From Cetorhinus maximus (lineage: Eukaryota), in NCBI RefSeq assembly GCF_964194155.1, contig NC_135887.1:25668001-25732000 (forward strand): a DNA stretch of 64,000 nt, in the 5' to 3' direction. Below the pieces are notes generated by a model. That model was not told the origin of the DNA. It saw only the letters and a program-made list of their open reading frames with translations, and did not search any database. This document shows, piece by piece, positions 54,201 through 64,000 of this stretch. Each line of letters opens with the position of its first letter. Positions within the stretch are counted from its first letter, which is position 1. The position numbers were made by a program, and so were the translations under genes.

Positions 54201-57200
54201 ATCCATATGAAGGATGGGACAGTTATGGTGACTTTTGTCTCTCCTGTCTGTTTGCACAGGGCCTCACTAGCCATGGTATGTGGATTGGCTGCTGCATGGT
54301 GCTGTCAGGGATTTGCTGTTGGAATTTGATAGCGTTCGCGGATTTGTAACTGAATTAGCAATCTAGAGAAAGTGAGCTCATATACTCACTCAAATTTAGC
54401 TTTTTTAAAAGAAATCTCATCAGTAAAAGTGATCAGATTTCATAAAAATCCAACTGGGTCACTAATGTCCTTTAGAGAAAGAAGCCTGGCGACCTTACCC
54501 AGTCTGGGCCTATATGTGACTCCAGTCCTACACCAATATGTGACTCTTAACCGGCCTCTGAAGTGAGCCAGTGAGGCACTATCACCAGCCTCTCAGGGTA
54601 ACTAGGGTTGGGCAATAAAGATCTGCTGGACTTGCCAACATTACCCAAATCCCGAGAATGAATGTTTTAAAATGAATCAAATTCCAATTTTAATAGAAAA
54701 GAATTGAAAGTTATTGTATCAATTGAGCCACCTGGAAAATGAATGTTAAGGCCATTTTTTTGATGTAGCTTGTTAGGGTTCCACTGCAAGGAAATATGGT
54801 AGGGGGTGGGGTTGGGAGAAGAAGATGGGATTGAAATCCAGCAAAAGGAGATGGGCTTGTTGGGTATAATGTCCCTTTCCTGTTGCTAATATTTCTCCTG
54901 ATTGTCAGGTACCCTGCTGTTGCTGCTTAATGTGGTGTAATGAGGGACATAGAGGGCATGTGATCCTAAACGTTTCTATCTGACTGTCGCCCCACAGTGT
55001 TTGTGGTTCAGGGAATTAATGACCTTCCTGTTAAGAAGCGAACAGATGTCAAGAAGAACCTGAGCAAAATGTTGGAGAAACGTTTTCTTGACGCCAAACC
55101 CTTTCATCTGGACACTGAGCAGGAGGTTGCACTGGTCATCAGACACATTGCCATGCAGAAACAGCGACACATTGCCTTTCGAGATCGCCGATCCTACTTA
55201 CTGGCTCAGCAAGTGGCCTTCGAGGCTAGTGACAAAAGTGGACTGGTGGGAACGCTGAAGGTGTCTGGTTATGTCCGGGGCCAGGCGCTGAATGTGAATC
55301 GGCTGGTTCACGTTGTAGGGCATGGAGATTTCCAAATGGGCCAAATTGATGGTCCACCTGACCCCATGCCCCTGAACCCCAAGCCTACAAAGAAAAAAGA
55401 GGACATGGAGGTGAGAGTGAGAAAAAAGGCAGTTAACTGAAGTACTTTGATGCTTATATAACCATAAAATCTTGCACCACAGGAGACCATTCAACTCATT
55501 GTTTCTGTGCTGGCTCTTTGTAAGAGTTATCCTATTAGTCACAGTTCCCCTCTGCTCTTTCCCCACAGCCCTATAGATTTTTCCTTTTCAAGTATTTATC
55601 TAATTCCCTTTTGAAAGTTGCTATTGAATCTGCTTCCATGGCCCTTACAGGAAGCACATTGTGTGCAGAAAATAATCTCTACTCAACTCCCTCTCTGGTT
55701 CTTGAATCCGTAATAAAACGTAAAATGCTGCAAATACTCAGCAAGTTGGGCAGTATCTGGAGAGAGAAAAACAAAGTTAGTGTTTCAGGGCCATGACATC
55801 TCAGCAGATCTTAAATCTGTGTCCTCTGGTTACTGATGTTCCTGCCTGTGGAAACAGTTTCCCCTTATGTACTCGATCAAAACCTCTTAGAATTTTAAAC
55901 ACCGCTATTAAATCTCACCTTAACCTTCACTGTCCTGAGGAGAATTTTCCAAGTTTCTTAATGTAACTGAAGTTCATCATTCCTGGTACCATTCCAATAA
56001 ATATTATAAATATTTAATATCAAAATTGACCCATCTCCCACAGTAAGATTCAAGACCAAGTATAGTACTGTGCTGTGGTAGGTTTCAATGCCAGGGGATA
56101 GTTGGATCGGGCTGTCTGTACGTTTAATTCAGCTATTGTTTTTATATTGTATGTTATTTTCATGTTTCTATCATAAATTGTCATGTCCATATAAAATATC
56201 ACCTGTTTATGTAAACCTGTCACGCTGTAATTACACTTTTCACTAGTAGTAGTGCTCCAAGACAAGTGAGGTTAGGGTGAGGTGAGAGGGCAGAGGTGGT
56301 TTAGAGTTATACATTTTATTATTTTTTGTATTTTAATTCATTCCTATGTCCATATTTATAACGGAAACTGCTTATGTAAACCCGTTACACTTTTCCACTA
56401 GTGTTGATGCAGCGCCTTCACTGACAGGAGGGTGTAATTACAGCGTGATGTTTACATAGGCAACTTCTATTAAAACTACAGAAATATTTATAATGAAAAG
56501 TGATGAGCAGTGAGAGGTGAAGCATATTTTTAAAATATGTATAGATTATATATTATACGGAGAGCGAATTGCCTTTGGTTATATTTCTGGGAGTTCTTAT
56601 TTCATGGAGGGAGAGACTGGGTAGATAAATTTTGCTGCTGTTGAGGAAAATGCCTGAAAGATGGGCCCATGGGCCCTATGGGATGAGCTTGAAGCCCTCG
56701 ATCCTATACCCACTGATTATAATCCTCTTCCTTTGATAGGACCCCTGTGCCGAGATGGAAGAGGACCTGAAAGTTCTGATGAAAGCAGATTCCAGGAAGC
56801 AGGAATCACTAGAGTCAGAAGTGGTTCCGGATCCAATGGAGGGGGAGCAGACCTGGCCAACGGACGAGGAACTGCAAGAGGCTGAGGGTGGGTACTTGCA
56901 CACTGAGTACAGGCAGGCTGAGATTTAATGACCACCTTCACCATGCGTATTCTTGGGTTTCAAGAGGAAAGACCAACTCCTGGCAGCTTGAGGATGGGTT
57001 ATCACTGCCAGCCTTAGCAGCAAACACGCACAGATCCCAATAATTCATATTTAAAAAAAGACTTGTAACTTCCTGCATCCTAACATTTCTGGTGAAAACC
57101 TGTATTACCCATTTTCTGTTTAAAAGCCTAAGTGATGCTGTGTGCTTTTTTTTTGTGTCTATTTTACAGTCAAAGGGGAGACCTGTGCTGAATTGACTTG

Positions 57201-57613
57201 TCAATCATTTGGACCGGTTCTCAATCACCCCAATGTTGAGATGTAGCAATTTTCCAAATCCTTTCTGTGGTAAAGTGAACAATATCCCAAAATAAAACCA
57301 ACCCAATGTGCCTCACTGCTGCGAGGCAGTGAGAGGGGTGGGTGGGGGTGAGGCGAAGGGGCTTAGGGGGAGAGCTCCAGAGAGCAGTGTCAAGCGAGCT
57401 GGAGGCTCGATCCCAGGGAAGGAGGGAGTACACTCGAGGCTCGACCCAGCGTCTCCAAACACTAAGAGAATTGTGTGTAATATAGTCAGTCATTAACCTA
57501 ATCATCCTGCTGCTCAGCTGACTTAGACTAGATTATTGAAACAATACAGCAGATCATTATAGAAACCGTGTAAGCCTTCAACAATCACTCTGATTTGTCA
57601 TCAGATTATTCAG

Positions 57614-57675
<62 letters not shown>

Positions 57676-60600
57676 CCCACCCCCCCCCCACCCCCAACTC
57701 TCGCACTCACTCTCTCTCCTTTCTCTCCTCCCGCCCTCCCCGCTCCTCCCCCTCCAACCCCCCCAACTTGGTTCCTTGGTAACTCCACCGTCACTCACAG
57801 CTCTCCCCATCTCACTCATTTAGATGCACTAAAGGGAAGCAGGAAGATTGTTCGGAGGCTTCCGAAAGGTACGTCTGATTACCAGGCCGCCTGGATCCTG
57901 GACGATGAAGAAGAGATAGATGAGGAGGAAGGAAGTGATGATGATATGGAAGAGGATGAGCTGATGGGAGAGGCGGTGTCACAGGTGAGCCTCCTGTGGA
58001 TATTTCAGTCTCTACTATATATACACGTCTCCACAGAGCACCAGGTTCCTAAGAGCAAAACCTGCTTGATTGGATTCGCAGCTCCCATTCCCCCAGTGCC
58101 AGGAAACAGTACTGTTTAATTCTACATCCTCTGCTTCATGGCTCTCCATATTAACTTTCCTGAAGTGAAACAGCTGCTGTTTTCTGCACTGCCCAGGCTT
58201 CCCATTCACTGCGTTAAATTTAATATTTGGGTACAGTGTAGTGGTTTAGTACAATGCCCTTGTATCCCTGGGAGTCGACTGTAAAGCACTTATCTGAAGT
58301 GGGGGCCAGAAATATGCACTCAGTCCCCAGTGAGTGGGACGACGGCCATCAGTCTCTCTGGGGCTTCAAGGAATGGCAATTCTCCCTGGGTACAGTCAGG
58401 GGTATCCTGAGGGTCAGGTAAGCAAGTACAACAGGCTGACACCATATTGCAGTACTGAGGGCATGCTACAGTGTAGGAGCTGCTGTCCTCAAGCTGTGCA
58501 CCTGTTAAGCCAGATGTGAATTAACAACTGGTGAGCTGGTATCCAAGCTCATATCCTGCTGGGAACAGACTGCACCAGACACTGGTTACCTGCTCATTCA
58601 TCTCACAGCTGTTAGTGGGATATTGTAGTGTTTATAGTAGCTGCTTCTGCCTCTGTAACAGTGACTGCACTTCAGAATATTTCATTGTAGGAAGTGTAGC
58701 AACATGCCTGAGATGTGCTAAAGCATTAAATAAACACAGGCACAGCTCGACCTGACCCAGAGCTCCCCGATGCAGCCACTGGTTATACAAGTGGGAAAGG
58801 GTTATGTCACCCTGGCAGCTGATGTATTCTGGTGTTAATCCTTAACTGTAGGCCAGTGATGAAAGTGATGGTGAGGAAGAGGCTGGTGAAGAATGTGAAA
58901 CCATGACAGTTCCAGAAAGCATTCGCGATGATCATTATGATGAAAAGATTGATGAGGAGGAGGAGAGGGTGATGTTGGAAAAGTACAAACAGGAACGGAT
59001 GGATGAAATGTTCCCTGATGAGGTGGACACTCCAAAAGATGTAGCTGCTCGAGTCAGGTATGTGGGTGTTGGCTAATGTTTCTCTCAGTGGTGTGGGTGG
59101 TATTCAGTGATTCTGAGTGCAGGGCTCATTCTGAGATGTACACTGAGGGGAATGACTGACCATTCCATCCTTCAAGTATATCCTTTTTCTTTCATACAAC
59201 ATCTACAAGCAGTCGGGTTTGAGGTGTTAATGATATAAGTTAACATTCAGGAAACAAATAAGTTTCCCAGCTGCCTCGACACCAAATACTTAACCACATG
59301 CCAGGAACGCCCAACACCATTTCCTTGTTTATGCCACATTAGGCAATGTTAATCCGTCCATTGTTGGACACTACCACCAGTCTCTGCACTCCGGAGTCAT
59401 GCCTCCTGCATATGTGTTTGCTCACACGCCTGATTCATCTGTGTGACACACCACAGTCAGCAGCAAATCAATATGCATTATCTTGGTTCACGAATAGAGA
59501 TTGGTCACTGGGGTGAGGCACAGAAAGAGCGGGACTCTGAGTGTCAGCCCCTTAGAGAGAGCTTGGAGGGGGAAACCAATGAAACTGAGTATGTAAGATG
59601 CTGTTGGCAATTAAAATACCTCTGTTTTTGATGATTTGAAATATTGTAAATTCCTGGTTATGTTCCAACCTTTGCTTCTGTTCCCTGTGGGATGTTTTGC
59701 TGAGGTGAAACCCTCCATTGAAATCCTACTGCATGATATTATACCACTGGTAAATATAACCTCTGACCCCTAAAAGTCTACTTCGGGGGTTTGGATAGAG
59801 TAGGTAGTGGGTTTCTGTCTCCACTGGCAGCAGGGTCTGTAATCAGAGGAAACAGATTTAAGGTAATTGGCAAAAGAACCAGAGGTGACATGAAAATCTT
59901 TTATGGAGCAAGTTGTTGTGATCTGTAATGTGCTGGCTGAACGGGTGGTGGAAGCAGATTCAACGGGAACTTTCAAAAGGGAATTGAATAAATATTTGAA
60001 AATAAATTGTAGGCATATGGAGAAAGAGCAGAGGAGTGGGATTAATGGATAGCTCTTTCAAAGAGCCAGAGCAAACACATAGGCCAAATGGCCTCCTCCT
60101 GTGCTGTATCATTCACGGATGTTGGGGCAGGATGATTCAAGAGAAGCCAAACAATGTGCTTAGCTCCTCCTGAAATGATGTTTAATTATTCTGGACATGT
60201 TTTGTCCTGTTCTCCGCAGGTTTCAGAAGTACAGGGGTCTGAAGAGTTTCCGGACATCACCCTGGGATCCCAAGGAGAATTTGCCACGGGATTATGCCAG
60301 AATATTCCAGTTTCAGAATTTTACCAGGACAAAGAAAAGAATCTTTAATGAGATTGAAGAGGAGGAGGAAGGTGCAATGGTAATTTGAGTGTGTGTTGGG
60401 TAGGGAGGTGCGAGTGTGTAGTGTCCTTTCATAAACCGTACAAGGCAGGTCAGGATGTGGGTTTCAGAAGCAGATGAGCAGAGATGGGGGGTGGAGACTG
60501 GCGGTGTTACTGAGATGGAAATAGGTGGTTTGGATGATGGAGAGGATATGAACTCAGACACTCAGCTCAGGCCAGACAGGATGGTGACTGCAGGCAATCT

Positions 60601-63600
60601 GCTTCAGCCTCAGGCACTGGCCAGAGAGTAGCTTCTTAACTTCAATATATGAGTTTACATCTTCAGTCATCGTGCCTTTGTGTTGGTCAGGATCTGTATT
60701 TTTGTTTTATATATTTAGTACAGAAAATATTCAGAACTTGGTTTTTCTGACTACATGAGTGTAAATGCTGAGTGTGACTGGGGAACTAGCTGGATTTTCT
60801 GAATCATGCTCTGGGGGAGCTGGGTTATGCGGGTGAGCAACTAGCACCTTCACACCAGTGTATTCAGTGACTTGCCCACACCTATTTTCCAATGTGTGGT
60901 CGGAGCACATTAAATACATTTTTAAAGTGGTCAGAGAAAAAGAAACAGGCGATGGAGGTGCTCTGGGCGCTGCAGGATGTGATGTCCCATTTCTCTCTAA
61001 TTACCCTCTCCTGGGGAGGTGTCACAGTACCTCACCATATGAGAGTGCGACAGTGCTGACTCACCATTTTCACTCCCAAATGTCCTGTGTGCATCTGCCC
61101 ACGTACTTCAGCTGGTGGTCACCTGCAGGAGCCCTGGCTGCTTTTCGCCCACTTGCTGCTACACCAGCTGAGATGTTGGGAGTGGGCACGGATTAATGCC
61201 AGAACCTGGGACTGTTGTGGTCAATCAGAGCAGTGTCACATCGGCTGGTAAATTCAGCCAGAGAGAGTTTGGTAACGGATTGTAATTTATCAGTTCCTGT
61301 CAGCCTGTACTGGTGTTGTAGCTGCTCCTTACTGTAGCTGACTTGTGTTTTATTTCCATGCCCACAGCCTGGCTGGTACGTCACAGTCCATATCTGTAAC
61401 GTGCCTGTATCTGTGATGGAGAGTTTGAAACCTGAGATCCCGCTGGTCCTCTTCACCATGCTGCCACATGAGCAGAAGGTAATGCAGGGGCAAGAGAGGG
61501 GTGGGGAAACAGGACGAGGGAGGGAGGGTTGGTGGCAGAACTGTACCCCAGCATTATACAGTGTGTCACAACTCACTGGGGATAGTGCGCTGTAATATCA
61601 AACCTCACTGTTCCCCGAGCCACGACAAATGTGAAAAAGTTTGATTAAACCACCAGATTGCCCCAATTCTACCCAACTGTTTAATTTAGGTTAACAGAAT
61701 ACAAGCACCAGGTTTATAAACTTAATAAGTAAATAACTGTTTATTGAACAAACTGTCATTAACCAGCGGCAAAACAAAGAAATAGAAACTGCTAATTTCT
61801 AACACTATAACTTAAACTCTACCCCCTTCTTAAATCCCCATACAAGACACATAAGACACACAAAAACATGAATTTTAAGGGTGGGATAAAACAGTTCAAT
61901 AGCACCAATTCCGGAGATGGGTTGATTTTGATCGATGTCATTCAAATTCCTTTCAGTTCTTATTGATGACATGAGGTGGTCTTCCAGCACTTTCAGTATT
62001 TAGTTCACTCGTTGAGCACTTGCCTTTCAATGTCTCTGACAGTGATTTCCCCTTTGCCTCTGGACAGAGGTTTTCAGAGAGAGAGCAGGTTATAAAAATA
62101 TGAGGAGAAAAAAAAACAGCTAGTTATTATTGTGGAATTACTGGAATCACAGGAGAAAGAGGTTTTAGGTCTTGTTCCTTTCAGGCTAGGAGCTATTCTG
62201 CTTGTCACACATAACCTGGTCAGGAGCCAATTAAAATGCTGTTGTCAGGCAGCTCCCTTGGTCTCGGACTCTTTTCCGGTACCATCCTGTCTTTCATGGC
62301 ACACTCTGTTCCAGGACTGCAACATTGTATATATCTCTCATCCTGTTCCAGTGGACATGTCTTTCACCCTGCAGCCATTGTAATTCTGATCCACAGTCCA
62401 ACAAAAAAAATGTTCCTTACAAGTGACAGCCCTGCCCCCATCAGTACTGTACCCCAGTGTTACACAGTGACAGACCTGTCCCCACCAGTACTGTACCCCT
62501 GTGTTATACAGTGACAGACCTGTCCCCACCAGTACTGTACCCCAGTGTTATACTGTGACAGACCTGTCCCCACCAGTACTGTACCCCAGTGTTATACAGT
62601 GACAGACCAGTCCCCACCAGTACTGTACCCCAGTGTTATACAGTGACAGACTTGTCCCCACCAGTACTGTACCCCAGTGTTATACAGTGACAGAGCTGAG
62701 GATCGCACTGGCTTGGGCATTCTCAGATTGCACAATTGATCTGTCTGTTTAATGCCCATTCTAACTGAAGTAAATATTTGAGGTGGGTTAGAAATTGGCC
62801 TCACCTACTGAACTCTGTCTCTGAGGTTTTTCTTTCTTTCTGTTCCAGATGTCGGTGATCCATTTCCTGCTCAGGAGACACCTGACCAATGCTGAGCCAA
62901 TCAAGTCCAAAGAGGAGATGGTTTTCCATTGTGGCTGCAGGAGATTCCGGGCCCCTCCTCTGTATTCACAGCATACAGCAGGTGTGTGAGTTTGACAGCA
63001 CCATGCTGGGACTGGGGTGGGGGGGGTGGTGAGATGGTCTTCGAGCTGAATCAGATCTGTTCTCAACTGGTGTTCAGACTTTTATTTTCCAGTGTTAATC
63101 ACTGCACAAGAGAGTTGGGCACAAAATAGAGGTTGACATTTCAGTGCGATGCTGAGAGAGCTCCACACCGCCGGAGGCTCAGTACTGAGGGGATGCCGCG
63201 CTGCTGGAGGGTCAGTACTGAGGGGGTGCCGCACTGCCGGAGGGTCAGTACTGAGGGGGTGCCGCACTGCCGGAGGGTCAGTACTGAGGGGGTGCCGCAC
63301 TGCCGGAGGGTCAGTACTGAGGGGGTGCCGCACTGCCGGAGGGTCAGTACTGAGGGGGTGCCGCACTGCCGGAGACTCAGTACTGAGGGGGTGCCGCACT
63401 GCCGGAGGCTCAGTACTGAGGGGGTGCCGCACTGCCGGAGGCTCAGTACTGAGGGGGTGCCGCACTGCCGGAGGCTCAGTACTGAGGGGATGCCGCACTG
63501 CCGGAGGCTCAGTACTGAGGGAGCGCCGCACTGTCGGAAAAAACATAATGAGGTTCTATTTGCCGTTTCGGCTGGGTGCAAAAGGCTTGGGACACAAATT

Positions 63601-63986
63601 GAAGTAATCTCCACAGTATCCTGGCTAAATTTCTCTTTCAATCAGCACCATTAAGAGCAGATTAAGTTGTATCTTGTCAAATTAATGTTTGTATGACTAT
63701 AGTGTAGGTCAAGTGCCTGGCTTGATTGAGTCCAGAAGAACAGCGACAGTTCCTTAAAAATAAATCATTGACTGTGAAGCGCTTTGAGGTTTCCTGAAGA
63801 CATCAATTGTTATTGAAAAGTGGAAGTCTGTTGCTCCTTTCTTTAACCGTTTCCTTTTCTCTCCCACAGCCAACAAGTTCAAATATGAGCGGTTTCTGCA
63901 TTCCAACGCCACTGTGGTGGGAACTGTTTACGGCCCAATAACCTTCCCTCCAGCCTCTGTCTTGATGTTCAAACAAAGAGCAAATG
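51176..63986 (+). CDS. TSR1: Pre-rRNA-processing protein TSR1 (40S biogenesis factor, BMS1/TSR1 family), exons 1-12; continues past the window end
   Basis: join(51176-51296,51772-51875,52053-52269,54141-54275,54998-55410,56740-56887,57824-57984,58852-59057,60220-60379,61368-61478,62849-62981,63870-63986); GT-AG, phases consistent; motifs [95 protein letters not shown]. Confidence 0.97.
51330..51660 (+). repeat. G-rich GGGGGATAT-type repeat in TSR1 intron 1 (G-quadruplex prone)
   Basis: Many G5-G14 runs separated by ATAT or AGA. Confidence 0.85.
51772..51875 (+). CDS. TSR1: TSR1 exon 2
   Basis: [35 protein letters not shown]. Confidence 0.93.
52053..52269 (+). CDS. TSR1: TSR1 exon 3
   Basis: [18 protein letters not shown]...[15 protein letters not shown]. 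Confidence 0.93.
52365..53357. mobile_element. Rearranged LTR: two partial copies in opposite orientation (52365-52890 minus, 52892-53357 plus)
   Basis: Both halves match the intact LTR at 61564-62421; ends ...GTTCTTTACA and ...CGTGACA. Confidence 0.8.
54141..54275 (+). CDS. TSR1: TSR1 exon 4
   Basis: [45 protein letters not shown]. Confidence 0.94.
54425..54665 (+). mobile_element. Partial tRNA-SINE (LINE 5' UTR joined to LINE 3' tail)
   Basis: CACTAATGTCCTTTAG...CCTTACC...GTGACTCC...CTCTGAA followed by GGGTAACTAGGGTTGGGCAATAAA. Confidence 0.7.
54998..55410 (+). CDS. TSR1: TSR1 exon 5
   Basis: [15 protein letters not shown]...[30 protein letters not shown]...KEDME. Confidence 0.94.
56740..56887 (+). 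CDS. TSR1: TSR1 exon 6
   Basis: [49 protein letters not shown]. Confidence 0.93.
57824..57984 (+). CDS. TSR1: TSR1 exon 7
   Basis: [28 protein letters not shown]...EAVSQ. Confidence 0.92.
58440..58735 (+). mobile_element. Degenerate DeuSINE copy
   Basis: TGCAGTACTGAGGGCATGCTACAGTG...CATTCATCTCACAGCTGTTAGTGGGAT...CAGTGACTGCACTTCA. Confidence 0.55.
58852..59057 (+). CDS. TSR1: TSR1 exon 8
   Basis: [10 protein letters not shown]...[27 protein letters not shown]. Confidence 0.93.
59815..60120 (+). mobile_element. CR1 3' fragment
   Basis: ATTTAAGGTAATTGGCAAAAGAACCAGAGG...GGCCAAATGGCCTCCTCCTGTGCTGTATCATTC. Confidence 0.7.
60220..60379 (+). CDS. TSR1: TSR1 exon 9
   Basis: [35 protein letters not shown]...GAM. 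Confidence 0.95.
61368..61478 (+). CDS. TSR1: TSR1 exon 10
   Basis: [37 protein letters not shown]. Confidence 0.94.
61564..62421 (-). mobile_element. Intact solo LTR (858 bp) with a 4-bp TSD AGTG
   Basis: TGTCAC...CCTTACA; AGTG at 61560-61563 and 62422-62425; TTTATT on plus (AATAAA on minus); inserted into the first unit of the 44-bp minisatellite. Confidence 0.85.
62422..62695 (+). repeat. 44-bp minisatellite, about 6 copies
   Basis: Same unit as 42780-43432. Confidence 0.92.
62849..62981 (+). CDS. TSR1: TSR1 exon 11
   Basis: [44 protein letters not shown]. Confidence 0.94.
63090..63800 (+). mobile_element. DeuSINE copy with an internal 33-bp minisatellite expansion (63165-63535)
   Basis: Tandem CAGTACTGAGGGGGTGCCGCACTGCCGGAGGGT, then Deu-like body and a TGTGAAGCGCTTTG tail. 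Confidence 0.75.
63870..63986 (+). CDS. TSR1: TSR1 exon 12
   Basis: [39 protein letters not shown]|GTATGG. Confidence 0.93.
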
Positions 63987-64000
63987 GTATGGACAGCTGA

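Noticed and set aside
56209-56216. miR-30-like seed TGTAAAC in the intron 5 hairpin
   Set aside because: Only the 7-mer matches; the rest does not resemble miR-30.
59058-63869. SNORD91-type C/D snoRNAs expected in TSR1 introns (as in mammals)
   Set aside because: I found no C box / guide (GTCTGAACCTG-like) / D box arrangement. The TGATGA...CTGA pair near 59629-59703 lacks a clear terminal stem and guide. A cmsearch is needed to exclude them properly.

Overview
Repeat-rich vertebrate DNA, most likely from a cartilaginous fish (inferred from its SINE, LINE and minisatellite content); there are no prokaryotic features. Three genes can be built by hand. (1) The 5' end of WDR81 lies on the minus strand: a large BEACH-containing coding exon (2208 to <1) and a probable non-coding first exon and promoter near 5.6-5.7 kb with CLEAR-like E-boxes. 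(2) An 11-exon plus-strand gene (22755-46839, about 440 aa) encodes a single-pass STYK1/NOK-like receptor-tyrosine-kinase-family protein. Its DFG motif reads EFS, so it is a probable pseudokinase, and stop-broken phase-1 exon relics upstream may be a lost ectodomain. (3) TSR1 exons 1-12 run from 51176 past the window end. The rest is nested mobile DNA: two Gypsy LTR elements, solo LTRs, a tRNA-headed CR1/L2-group LINE with its derived SINE, DeuSINE copies that seeded minisatellites, and Harbinger Myb/SANT relics. One Harbinger relic carries an antisense, tailless, ORF-intact copy of a divergent histone H2B flanked by an 8-bp direct repeat. All calls come from manual reading and translation; no database searches were run.
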